Virus record (IMG/VR): IMGVR_UViG_3300018081_000003 | Length of the DNA: 46,347 bases | Direction: 5' to 3' (one strand) | From: a virus | Notes under the pieces: generated by a model | Told to the model about the DNA's origin: nothing | Seen by the model: the letters and a program-made list of their open reading frames with translations, nothing else | Database searches by the model: none | Part shown: piece after piece, positions 19,501 to 28,107 of the stretch | Layout: each line of letters opens with the position of its first letter | Numbering within the stretch: the first letter of the stretch is position 1 | Program-made: the position numbers and the translations under genes

Positions 19501-20840
19501 GTGGTAGTAGATGGGTACAGAAATTCACGTCAGTAGTCCCGTGGTCTAATACTGTGCTACAGTCACTGCGGTATATGAAGCGTCGTATACAAGAGAACCC
19601 TGTTGAGAACACAACACGTATCCTCTCTCTTGGTATGGCGAGTACGTGGGGCTACTACATGCTATCTCGCGATCAAGAGGCGAATGATTGGTTCTATAAT
19701 CAAATACCTAGTGAGAAGCGAACACAGTCGATACCTGTACCTAACTTCCTGCGTTGGGCAATGCGTTCTCTCGGTGTCAACATTCCTAAAGGTACGCCTG
19801 AACAAGAGTTCGATCTTGTACGCATGCCACCAGAAGCGATGATGTTCATTCTCCCTGTCATCCACGGAATGCGTGCGCTCGGGGTGCTGCCAAGTGAGGG
19901 TATTGTTATTCCTCCATCTCTAAGAGAAGACTTGGCACATGCAGCAGATCAGACCTTTGGCCTCGCCGTTCCTCCAGTGCTACAGGCATACTTCGCAACA
20001 CAAGGTAAGAAGCTCGAAATCTCCAAAGGCTTCCGCGACATTAAAGATTATAAGTTCGGAGGTGCGAATGAGGATAAGATGTCTCCTCAATCGCGTGTCC
20101 CTCATATGTGGTATGACGTTGTTAATGCTCTAGGCGGTACTGTTCTCAGTAGTATGCTTGAAGCAGCTAACTACGGAGCGGTGACTGCTGAACATCCAGG
20201 TAAAACTGTGATGGAGGGCGTTACGGAGGGTGTTAAGAAACTCGGTGTCGCTCAGATACACAAAGTCCCGTTCTCCTCTTACATCTGGCCTGATGTCAAT
20301 CGTCAATACATCTACACTCCAATCGCGGAGAAACTACAGAAGGATATGGCTATGCTCCGTAAGGGTGTGGAGGCACAGATGACTGCTGAACCGGGTGTTC
20401 GTCGTGTGCTACAGCCTAATGCGCGCATCAACTCTACAGAGAAGACAGGTGCATTACCCGGTACGACTATTGGTCAACCCGTTACTGATGTGAATGTACG
20501 AGCTATTATGGCACAGATACATATGGGCCTATTCACTGGTCCCTTTAAACAACTAGAAGATCAACGAAAGATCGAGCGTAATCGTCATCAGTCACTCACC
20601 ATCGGACCCAATCCAACACGCGATGAGTCACCTCTAGTACGCTATAAGATGGCACAAGAGCAGGCTAAGAAAGTAGTCGCTTTGGATCGTCGACTATATA
20701 CGATATATCAAGATCAATGGAAGAATGTTGTGTCTTCTCCGTCGGGGATTGCCTTTGCTGAGAAGTATGGTCCTCTAACACCTGAGAATTTGACGAAGGT
20801 AATTCAACAGAACGCTCGCGAGAATGCTCCTCTTCGCTAG
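16593..20840 (+). CDS. giant internal virion protein (T7 gp16-sized)
   Basis: Track ORF 16584..20840 begins at TTG; the first ATG is 16593. 1415 aa. Last gene of the rightward block. Function is inferred from size and position only. Confidence 0.6.
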   Translation: MAEKKIIYDKEGKDTGEVEGPDPGWGKFMLRQGAIGLADTPGSFAGLYGLGRAGAEYLWDRRFADTEHKPKDFAQTLLDPDGGEEKLNKYNQQVIEHIQRTSPNYTPEEVNKRFEHIQKHSKKYYEDTTPFYRQGMAFARKWGQGTNEFFGDPRLPGEKTQADTLMNIAGGAVIPVPGEQVLGPIVSGVGKVAGKTAGKIASNVAEFTTPVTFLPAGTTTGGAIARVGANIAIPEAIDQGVRAYKGDPSVVVDTVEAAKNLYTGQARKEALTDAAKEEIVNKLKDDGSETAKTVGAAGFFATLLGARRLRNIPSGGPTTQAMTEAAYPIASKFKMGAANAGSDVEAFRVMGKHQGLQDDELEAFMTNMRMNAGGNAAADHRIWYTQKVEPLFERFVREDPTFQQKFVQHSIDADRIRGDVDALSKSNDLLMEAQAALQKATGPKSRSTPQRIQELTDEVNIRQLEHQARIQDTDPNLRYSMMNEDRATVAARLAQSRQDPRIRTLDRQFHRLYDDPFDYAASEGAMSLAESQRMKLSTRQGNYHLTENPMAQKNWFQRVGTRVMQNTEGHILNSNPEAVLGLYRMANRAITRKGYKTPDEKAIYTNPGVNDVPHPRTNNPLNPWAELRHVDLRVRQAVAHNNARRDYTNMVLGSRNYNPKQMEIVEKFTEKELSKTANMKWIQEKVTKNNGPDYYYTYRTDNGSLYVVRHNEKAIHEALKFAPAAVVPIMNQARKTVQAFITGMFNPDFIRTVSVPIDIIIGGLFRHENISYGPISRLAAKSFGIGHPLTRILSAMGAGIDIPYNMFLAMPATTARALLTEAFLGQLAKKWEADLAMNGGTVSAIANLVGGRQALLAATTAMSKAYDATYNNLIKQAKVGHVSSRSDDVLARMNDVNAIVKKRPILQSFGNFYLDMLNVMADVPKMMAYSQNTKLWNKEVAKARQQAVFMNEKFIADQAAMIGGDMRRISGSRWVQKFTSVVPWSNTVLQSLRYMKRRIQENPVENTTRILSLGMASTWGYYMLSRDQEANDWFYNQIPSEKRTQSIPVPNFLRWAMRSLGVNIPKGTPEQEFDLVRMPPEAMMFILPVIHGMRALGVLPSEGIVIPPSLREDLAHAADQTFGLAVPPVLQAYFATQGKKLEISKGFRDIKDYKFGGANEDKMSPQSRVPHMWYDVVNALGGTVLSSMLEAANYGAVTAEHPGKTVMEGVTEGVKKLGVAQIHKVPFSSYIWPDVNRQYIYTPIAEKLQKDMAMLRKGVEAQMTAEPGVRRVLQPNARINSTEKTGALPGTTIGQPVTDVNVRAIMAQIHMGLFTGPFKQLEDQRKIERNRHQSLTIGPNPTRDESPLVRYKMAQEQAKKVVALDRRLYTIYQDQWKNVVSSPSGIAFAEKYGPLTPENLTKVIQQNARENAPLR

Positions 20841-22089
20841 TGTCCGTCATTCCACTTCGGTCTTTTATCTCGGACCATATCTTCGGATTTAAGATCTTCG
20901 TTGTAGCCATGAAGACCTTAATTGGGCGACCTTTGCCATTGCGGCTAGGCACTGTGTATAACCTCACTGCGCCCATGTCAGTGAGTGTCTCCATTATACT
21001 ATTATATTCCATCGTCGTTAAAAACCACTTACTCGCCATCTGTAGCTCGTGGTTCTTCACTCCATTTAATCCACGCTTTAAGAGAGTTTCCCGTATTTTA
21101 TCAAGCCCGTTTGTAAGTTTAAGATCAAAGGTGGCTTGTTTGAAGATAGTACGACCAGACTTCTTTGCCCTTGATATAGCATAAAGCGCCAATTCGACCT
21201 CAGCAATCCCAATACGTGATTTGAGTTGAGAGAGCGCGAGCGTCCCGGCAAGTCGAAGAATGTGGCTATCCTCTCTGCTTTCGAATGAGCGGAGATAACT
21301 CTCATGATTAAACTGGCGACTGCTGTACCACTTCGTAAGAAATGTTTTCGCTTCTTCATCAGGCTGTATTGATCCAAGCCTACTCGCATGGTCGCGGATC
21401 GCATTTAAATACTCCTTCGCTGCTTGTATATTCGGTCGCTCTAATCTCTCAGGCCAGAAGATGAGTTTCTTTCGTTGTTCACTACTAATGAAGATGGTTC
21501 GGCTAGTAAATCCCCCTTCAATGACATCAGGATTAATCGCACGCGATAGCCACGAGGGAGTGCTACCTGCGATAAATGTGATGAAGGGATTAACAAGAGG
21601 GAGTGTTCCATAGTTAAGCGATCCACCACCTTCTCTTCTGTCGGGGCAATCATAAAGGTCAGTAAGCATGATGGGCATTCCCATATTATAACCTTCTTTC
21701 CCAAAGAACGTGACCATCTCACTGATGTTGATAACAACATGACTCCTCCCATGTTGACCACTCTGGTTAGACATCAGCGCCCATAGTTTCTCAGGTGTGG
21801 TCTTTGTCTGTAATACTGTGGCGTAGTTTGGTAAACATCCCTGTATCATATCATGTGCGAAGTTAATCACGGTACTCTTACGTGTCATACCGCTCTCGGC
21901 ACAGATGACTAGATACCAATTGAAATAAATAGGAGCGCGGGGTCTGTCGATGTAGCAAGATCGACCTACCACCGCGCCAATAGTCCACACAGCAGCCCAA
22001 AAGTCGTACTCGCTCGGTGTCTCTTGATCTTTAAGCAGAGACATGAAGAGTTCGATGTAGCTATCTTTAGGTGCTGTGATACTAAGCAT
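20665..22089 (-). CDS. DUF3987-like putative replication helicase/primase-associated protein
   Basis: Track ORF 20665..22152. ATG 22089 gives a TAATG overlap with the upstream stop. Has a degenerate P-loop (AESGMTRKST) and the overall layout recalls DUF3987/VirE-type proteins. The 3' end overlaps the convergent gene by 176 nt. Confidence 0.45.
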   Translation of the reverse strand: MLSITAPKDSYIELFMSLLKDQETPSEYDFWAAVWTIGAVVGRSCYIDRPRAPIYFNWYLVICAESGMTRKSTVINFAHDMIQGCLPNYATVLQTKTTPEKLWALMSNQSGQHGRSHVVINISEMVTFFGKEGYNMGMPIMLTDLYDCPDRREGGGSLNYGTLPLVNPFITFIAGSTPSWLSRAINPDVIEGGFTSRTIFISSEQRKKLIFWPERLERPNIQAAKEYLNAIRDHASRLGSIQPDEEAKTFLTKWYSSRQFNHESYLRSFESREDSHILRLAGTLALSQLKSRIGIAEVELALYAISRAKKSGRTIFKQATFDLKLTNGLDKIRETLLKRGLNGVKNHELQMASKWFLTTMEYNSIMETLTDMGAVRLYTVPSRNGKGRPIKVFMATTKILNPKIWSEIKDRSGMTDTSEEEHSRERSVELPSSNSQVLEDHTSQQRQSPTEKTQHSSIDLDISYIVDDPKRLLS

Positions 22090-22457
22090 TAGAGATTGGT
22101 GTGCTGCTTTCCGTGAACGCTTCCTTGGGGAGTTGCAGCTTCGAGTTGACACGCTGCGTTCTTAAGTGCCTCCACAGTGAGGTTAACCATCTGCGGGTTA
22201 TTAGTGCCACCAGCAGCACTCAGTATTGCATCGGTAGAGGCTTTGAGCTTACCCATGTACTCTTCGCGTTCCTTGTTCGCTTTATCACTCGCCATCTGTG
22301 CTTCTTTAGCAGCACGTTCATCGTACTCGCTAGTCTTATCACCAGTCTTATCACCAGCTACTCGGCTACTCGCTTGCGGGTTATTCTGCTGGTGTTGTTT
22401 CAGTCGTTCGTTGTCGTCATCTTCCTTCTTGTTAGGCGCCTGATACTCTTTAGCCAT
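22089..22457 (-). CDS. hypothetical charged low-complexity protein (122 aa)
   Basis: AGGAGGA RBS 4 nt before ATG 22457. K/E/D/Q-rich. Confidence 0.6.
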   Translation of the reverse strand: MAKEYQAPNKKEDDDNERLKQHQQNNPQASSRVAGDKTGDKTSEYDERAAKEAQMASDKANKEREEYMGKLKASTDAILSAAGGTNNPQMVNLTVEALKNAACQLEAATPQGSVHGKQHTNL

Positions 22458-22466
22458 CAAGTCCTC

Positions 22467-23069
22467 CTACATTGTATGTTGCTGTTTGTAGTCACTATGT
22501 CGCTTCTTCAACTTATCCAAGTTCAAGGTAAAGATGGAAGTAAAAGGTCGATCATATATATGTGTAAGGAGACAGATACTTTGAGTGACACCAATCGCTA
22601 TTGATATAATAGCGTCAATGCTACTGTCATTGATCTTCATACTCGCAGTGTCACAGAGAAAGCCTACACTACGACCGAGTTGTAGGACTACTTCTTCGGC
22701 ATCTTTGTAGGTAGCAGCCAGCTTTCGTAGCGAGGTATGGTAGTCCTCAAACGTTTCATACACGCTCAAAGTTCCCATGTCCACATTCATAACAATCAAT
22801 AGTTGAGATGTGTACCACATAACATCTCCGCACTCATCCATGATCGCATCTACTGCTCTGTTGTGTGCTTCAAGTCCTTTCCCAATGTAATCACCTCTCA
22901 ATATCTTCTTAACCTTATTAGCAACTTCACCGCACTCACCAAATAGTCCCATCGTTAAGTATGTAAGCGCGACTTCTCTCGGATAGATCGCAGTCTCAGC
23001 GGCTCTATGTTGATAGACAGAGAACTCATTATCGAAGTTTGCTGTCTTCGCTTCTGCGAACTGACTCAT
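22467..23069 (-). CDS. mazG: MazG-like nucleotide pyrophosphohydrolase
   Basis: GLFGECGEVANKVKKILRGD and ECGDVMWY match the MazG EXXE-type helices. ATG 23069 gives an ATGA overlap with the polymerase stop (the track start 23096 is also possible). Confidence 0.8.
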   Translation of the reverse strand: MSQFAEAKTANFDNEFSVYQHRAAETAIYPREVALTYLTMGLFGECGEVANKVKKILRGDYIGKGLEAHNRAVDAIMDECGDVMWYTSQLLIVMNVDMGTLSVYETFEDYHTSLRKLAATYKDAEEVVLQLGRSVGFLCDTASMKINDSSIDAIISIAIGVTQSICLLTHIYDRPFTSIFTLNLDKLKKRHSDYKQQHTM

Positions 23070-25531
23070 ATCTTTATCTTCTTCAAGTTGCTCCATCGGT
23101 GTAATCCTTTCTCATCAGCCACACTCATCGCCAGATCAGCGGGTATGATTAACTGCTCTCCGCGTACCATTATAGGCTCTTCTGCGTATTTCTTCATTAT
23201 CTTTAGACACTTCATCGCTCTATCTTTAGTAGCAAGTCCAACTAAAGCGTCGTGGACGTTGAGGCAAATACGTTCCTTGCGCACGTCCCATTCATCGTCT
23301 TCATGGCATTGATAAATAACCTTTGAAACCTTATCCCCAATTGTGCTTTGAGGTTTGAAGGCCACTATACTTTCCAACGCTTCTGGTGTAAGTCTCTCTA
23401 TGATGTACAGGCGTCTACCGAAGGCGTTGTACAGCATCCTCGTGGAGCGGGCTTCATTCTCTAGCGATGCCCACCACTTACGAAGCTCAGGTGTAAGCCG
23501 ATGGTACATGACGTAGCTCTCATGCGCGCGATGAAGCGGGAGGCCGGTGGTCTCTGCAAGCTTGTCCGCAGCCATCCTGTAGTTCAACCCATGTCGGCAC
23601 CTCTTAGCGATGAACCGGATGGTCTTGTTGCCCGCATCGTCTTCGTCAGTGGTGGGCGTTTGCTCATAAGGGACTTTGAACATTTCACTTGCTAATGCTC
23701 GGTGACAATCGTAACTTCCATCTAGCCTTGCTCTTTCAAACTGTTCTTTCCACTTTGGAATGTTCGCTTCCCAAGCTACGTATCTCGCCTCTGCTTGGCT
23801 TAGATCAAAGTAAATGAAGACGTAACCTTCGTCTGCAATGAACATTCTCCTTGCCTTTGTGGGTTGATTTTGTAAGTTAGCTCCAGTGCCGATCAGAGTT
23901 TGTCCACTGCTCAATCGGCCTGGGGCTGCTTGCGTTCCTGTTTGTCTCCACTCACACCGCATTCTTCCATCTACGTCTATCTCCGACTCCGCATAAGTAC
24001 TCAAGAATTTGTATTCTTTTGCCCATCGGTCGTGGAGATTAAGGACTGTCCGCGCATGTTCAGAAGTTCGCGGATGCTCTCGCATTCTCTGTCTATTTGC
24101 AGCATCAGTTGAAGTGCCACGCCCGACAAGTTTAAGTCTATTAAAGTATAGTTCTGAACGATCCCTTGTCGAGTTCGGATTAGGCTTAAAAGTATCATCA
24201 TCAATCGCCCGTCCAACTGCTTGATGGAAGTCTTGGAGTAGCGTGGCAACGGTTTCGCTAACCTCGCTTCTAAATTTCTCTTTCTCTTCTCCATCGATCA
24301 ATACTCCTCCTACTGTCATCCTAACTAAGTTAGGCTGAAGTCTCATTATATGATTAAAGAAGAACTCGTCCATCTTCTGTCTTTTAAGCTCATCTAAGAG
24401 TCGCTCTTGTACTGCAAGAGTAATGCAAATGTCCTTAACATTGTATTGCCAGAAAAGGTCGATGTCACCTTTATCTTTCCACTCGGCTCTTTCGTCTTTA
24501 TAATACGGATGCGTTGTATACTGTGTACAAAGATATCCAAGATCGTGGGGGATACCGGGATAGAGGCAATGGTGCGCCAGCATGGTGTCAAACCACGCTG
24601 CATGTACTCTAATTTTGTCTTTAATCCAGAGCCAATACATATCGAAGTTTGCATTCTGCGCGACAAACTTTCTTGATTTATCGGCGAACAATCTTTGCAG
24701 GCGCACTCTAATGTCAGTTTCTTCTTCGAGAGAAAAGTAATCCTCACCTCTGATGCCTCTAAATGGAATACAAGTCCCAATATGCTTATGATCGGCCAAC
24801 CCGATACATGCTGTCTCCCCTCCTCCCGTTTCGATATCAAAGGCGATGGGGTTTTTCGTTTCCATATACTTGTCAATGGCTCTAACAGCGTCTTTGTACC
24901 CATAACACACATGTCCCTCTATCTCGTAAGGTGTCCATTTACCTGACATGACTTTAGGGAGTTTGGCGATATCCATTAAGAACGATATCTCAGTCTTTGG
25001 TTCTCGTAATACAGCGGCGGGATTATTAGCGACGATTGCCTTATATAAGCGCGGTTGGCTGTCTGCTAGTGATAGCATCTCGAAGTCGAGTACACTACCT
25101 CGCCATTTAGTGATCCCCTTCTTCTCTAGTAGTGCATTTAGTGCCATGTTGCCTAATACGAGAACGTACTTAAGATTAGGAAGACACGACAGTTCCCATC
25201 TGAGCATACCTACCCAATGGTCTATCTCCACTTTAGGTAATTCGACTCGGCTATTCTCCTCAAGACCGCTCAAGGCTAACTGTCTCTTCACTACATTAGT
25301 AATATAGAACTCACTACGATGCATCTGATGCTTTTTCAGTGTAGACCATAGCAGTCCTCCGCTGCCACCGACTAGTGGGACTTTCAACTGTACCTCTCGT
25401 GGTCCAGGAGCTTCACCTACTATAGCAACTTGGCTATTAAATGTACCATCCATTGCGCAATCAACTTTGAGGTTTATGCTCCTCGCCCTCTTTAGAAACT
25501 CCTGATGTAGCTCCGTCATTCCATTTATCAT
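23066..25531 (-). CDS. polA: family A DNA polymerase with 3'-5' exonuclease and N-terminal UDG-family-4-like domain
   Basis: Exo motifs IAFDIETGG, QNANFDMYW and YNVKDI. Pol motif A is YFDLSQAEARYVAW, motif B is RFIAKRCRHGLNYRM, motif C is NVHDA. The N-terminus carries VGEAPGPRE...PLVGGSGGLL...ITNVVKR. Start chosen at ATG 25531, behind GGAGAAGGG. Confidence 0.92.
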   Translation of the reverse strand: MINGMTELHQEFLKRARSINLKVDCAMDGTFNSQVAIVGEAPGPREVQLKVPLVGGSGGLLWSTLKKHQMHRSEFYITNVVKRQLALSGLEENSRVELPKVEIDHWVGMLRWELSCLPNLKYVLVLGNMALNALLEKKGITKWRGSVLDFEMLSLADSQPRLYKAIVANNPAAVLREPKTEISFLMDIAKLPKVMSGKWTPYEIEGHVCYGYKDAVRAIDKYMETKNPIAFDIETGGGETACIGLADHKHIGTCIPFRGIRGEDYFSLEEETDIRVRLQRLFADKSRKFVAQNANFDMYWLWIKDKIRVHAAWFDTMLAHHCLYPGIPHDLGYLCTQYTTHPYYKDERAEWKDKGDIDLFWQYNVKDICITLAVQERLLDELKRQKMDEFFFNHIMRLQPNLVRMTVGGVLIDGEEKEKFRSEVSETVATLLQDFHQAVGRAIDDDTFKPNPNSTRDRSELYFNRLKLVGRGTSTDAANRQRMREHPRTSEHARTVLNLHDRWAKEYKFLSTYAESEIDVDGRMRCEWRQTGTQAAPGRLSSGQTLIGTGANLQNQPTKARRMFIADEGYVFIYFDLSQAEARYVAWEANIPKWKEQFERARLDGSYDCHRALASEMFKVPYEQTPTTDEDDAGNKTIRFIAKRCRHGLNYRMAADKLAETTGLPLHRAHESYVMYHRLTPELRKWWASLENEARSTRMLYNAFGRRLYIIERLTPEALESIVAFKPQSTIGDKVSKVIYQCHEDDEWDVRKERICLNVHDALVGLATKDRAMKCLKIMKKYAEEPIMVRGEQLIIPADLAMSVADEKGLHRWSNLKKIKI

Positions 25532-26129
25532 AACCCTTCTCCATCCAATCATTTATGAATAGCAGTACGTCATTGACTGCCGTAGTTAACTGTCCGTTGA
25601 CGTTGTATATCGTTCCGTCGCGCTGACTTAACTGAACTCTGCCACGATCAAATTCATATCGACCTTCTCTATATACGTATAAGACTTTTACTCGATCCTT
25701 AAACTCACTCTTCAAGTATTGAAACTCAGCTTCGACACCACAGTCTACAAGGAAGACGTGGGTGATTTCCATAGCTGTCTTAGGCATTTTATATAGTGTC
25801 TTATGTATCTCCTTAGACAGTATCTCCGCCAGATACTCTCTACCTAGCGCGACTCGTAGACACCGATCGGCATCTATTACCGCCTTACGTGGAGACATAC
25901 CATTAAGTAGGATGGGATCATCTTTATTTGCCTCGAAGCTATATGCATCAAGACTAAACATTGCCATCACAGCTTCACGGACGGGGTTAATCATTCGTTC
26001 GTGCCAGCATGTGTAGTAGCCAGCATCCAGTTTACCGTATGGGTGACTGGTACCTACTACTTTATCTATAATGGTAGACTTACCACTATGAGGGGGGCCG
26101 TTCATTACTACTATAAGGTAATTAGGCAT
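25461..26129 (-). CDS. P-loop (deoxy)nucleotide kinase-like protein
   Basis: N-terminal Walker A (NGPPHSGKST), 222 aa, AGGAG RBS. The 3' end overlaps the polymerase start by 71 nt. Confidence 0.6.
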   Translation of the reverse strand: MPNYLIVVMNGPPHSGKSTIIDKVVGTSHPYGKLDAGYYTCWHERMINPVREAVMAMFSLDAYSFEANKDDPILLNGMSPRKAVIDADRCLRVALGREYLAEILSKEIHKTLYKMPKTAMEITHVFLVDCGVEAEFQYLKSEFKDRVKVLYVYREGRYEFDRGRVQLSQRDGTIYNVNGQLTTAVNDVLLFINDWMEKGYDKWNDGATSGVSKEGEEHKPQS

Positions 26130-26140
26130 TGTCCACTCCT

Positions 26141-26171
26141 ATAAAAACAGCGCGACACTTATGTCGCGCTG
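26141..26171 (-). terminator. rho-independent terminator (minus strand)
   Basis: 10-bp GC-rich stem CAGCGCGACA/TGTCGCGCTG with a 4-nt loop, followed on the minus strand by TTTTTAT. The T-run abuts the AGGAG RBS of the kinase gene. Confidence 0.75.
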
Positions 26172-26181
26172 CATTAGTCGT

Positions 26182-26373
26182 CTATTCCTTCTCACTACAT
26201 GCTGGACAGTAATGTGACCAACCATCATCTTGTTCTTTCTGGTAGGTCCATTTCTCTTTCTTCATAGCTTTACGTGTCTCTGTGAAATCTTCACTGTCCT
26301 TCGTAAAATACTCGCTACAGTTATCACAATGAAATGTTATATAACCCGTTGTCCTATCAGCACGTACACTCAT
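26182..26373 (-). CDS. zinc-ribbon protein (63 aa)
   Basis: CDNC...CPAC cysteine pairs. GGAGGG RBS. ATG 26373 overlaps the helicase stop (ATGA). Confidence 0.65.
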   Translation of the reverse strand: MSVRADRTTGYITFHCDNCSEYFTKDSEDFTETRKAMKKEKWTYQKEQDDGWSHYCPACSEKE

Positions 26374-27746
26374 TGATCCCTCCACATTGAGTACGACAAA
26401 CTGGTACTATCAGTTATAATCGTCACCATCTTCCTAGCGCGAGTCACGGCCGTATAGAGGTTCTTACGTCCTTGTGTGTACTTCGAGGATTTATTTAGTA
26501 CATAGACAATCTCATCGAACTCACTGCCTTGACACTTGTGCGTTGTAAGTACATATCCGAGATCAATATTACGCATATGACTCGTCTGAAAGATACTCCC
26601 ATTGTGTACATTCTTCTCATGTATCGTATATGGGATTTCGACCTCTCTATCACCGAAATCGATGACCACTGCTTTTACCGTATCTCCGTCTATATGTATA
26701 TCCTTCACTAATCCTGTTTCACCATTAAGCATCATACACGTTTCAGGTGGATCGATGTAACTATGCTGTAGCGGCATTCCCACCTCATCGAAACTGTAGT
26801 ATCTTTCAAAGAAGTCGCGCGTATCATAGGTGTTCTCAGTGCACACCACCTTGTCTCCAATACCCAATGTGATGCATTTGTCCGCGTGCCATTTATGTCT
26901 AGGGGGATCGAATGCCTTATCGGGATCGGGATTGAGTATACATTGTACTCGGACGTTAAGCTCATATGTACCTATCCATCCTTTATTACCAGTTACGATG
27001 ATCTGATTTCGTATACTCTTATACGTATCACTGTGTCGATATACAAATTCCTCCATCACCTTTGTAGGCATACTTGTAAACTGTAGCTGGAAGTCATCCA
27101 TCTTCTTAGGTATCTTACCCTTCACGATACCAAAGGCATTAGAGAAGATACCACTACCTTCGCCCTGTCTGTAGACATGTTCAAGCGTCACAGACGGGAA
27201 TGTCTTAAGATGCGATTGAAAAGGGGTCATTTCGTACCCCTCGGCTTTGATCTTGTACTCTTCGATTGGGGGGAGTTGGTTGATGTCGCCAAAACAGCGA
27301 AGCAAACCACCATTTGGGAGGGCGTTAATTAATTGTCTATTCAATTTATGATTAACCATCGCATATTCGTCAGCTAAAACTACATCGTATTCTATAGGAA
27401 GGAATTGTCTCCTCTTAGGTTCTGTCTGTGAGAGTGCCTGTCCCGTCTTTTCATCTCTTTCGTGCGGTTTCGGGAACTCAAGTAGCTTATGTATTGTGAT
27501 AGCCGGAAGTCCAGTTGCCTCTCTAATTCTGCGTGCAGCTTTACCCGTTGGCGCGCAGCATATGACTCTTTTACCTGACTGTAGTAGAAGCTCTGCGACT
27601 CTCTGTATAATAGTCGTTTTGCCAGTACCAGCGCAACCCGTAACGCTAGCAATTCTATTCTGTGGACTGGTGCAAATTTCAATTGCTTGTCTCTGTTTAA
27701 TGTCAAATAGCAACCCATCATCCTGCTGTACAGGAAGGGCTGTCAT
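26370..27746 (-). CDS. SF1 RecD/Dda-like DNA helicase
   Basis: Walker A GCAGTGKTT, Walker B VLADEYAMV, C-terminal TTHKCQGSEFDEIV and LYTAVTRARK motifs. Confidence 0.85.
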   Translation of the reverse strand: MTALPVQQDDGLLFDIKQRQAIEICTSPQNRIASVTGCAGTGKTTIIQRVAELLLQSGKRVICCAPTGKAARRIREATGLPAITIHKLLEFPKPHERDEKTGQALSQTEPKRRQFLPIEYDVVLADEYAMVNHKLNRQLINALPNGGLLRCFGDINQLPPIEEYKIKAEGYEMTPFQSHLKTFPSVTLEHVYRQGEGSGIFSNAFGIVKGKIPKKMDDFQLQFTSMPTKVMEEFVYRHSDTYKSIRNQIIVTGNKGWIGTYELNVRVQCILNPDPDKAFDPPRHKWHADKCITLGIGDKVVCTENTYDTRDFFERYYSFDEVGMPLQHSYIDPPETCMMLNGETGLVKDIHIDGDTVKAVVIDFGDREVEIPYTIHEKNVHNGSIFQTSHMRNIDLGYVLTTHKCQGSEFDEIVYVLNKSSKYTQGRKNLYTAVTRARKMVTIITDSTSLSYSMWRDQ

Positions 27747-27836
27747 CTTTCACCTCTTTATATGATATAAGGAAGTTGGGGAGGCGACTTTTACATCAAC
27801 CTCCCCCTTGCAACTACGTACTACCGATTAGGGCAG

Positions 27837-28076
27837 TTACGCAGCAACAGCCAATTTGGGCTTCTTCTTAACGAACTGCGACACGTCAACATACTTCACG
27901 GTGTCGTCGCCTTGAGACAATCGCAGGATTTCAAATGCATCCTTCGACAAACTCAGTATCTCGATATTCTCACCCTTATACACAAGGTATGTGGGCTTCA
28001 TGTTGCGCGGACCAGATGAACGACGGGTCCGCTTTTCCTTTTCAGCCATTTTAGAACTCCTGATTTGCTTGGACAT
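27837..28076 (-). CDS. hypothetical basic protein (79 aa)
   Basis: AGGTGAGAG RBS. K/R-rich N-terminus. Confidence 0.6.
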   Translation of the reverse strand: MSKQIRSSKMAEKEKRTRRSSGPRNMKPTYLVYKGENIEILSLSKDAFEILRLSQGDDTVKYVDVSQFVKKKPKLAVAA

Positions 28077-28107
28077 GTTATTCTCTCACCTGAGAGTGCA
28101 ATGAATA

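Noticed and set aside
27747-27836. GGGGAGG...CCTCCCC hairpin upstream of the helicase gene as a terminator
   Set aside because: The 7-bp stem has a 15-nt loop and no U-tract on the minus strand. I noted it only as a possible structure next to the palindrome relative at 27756.
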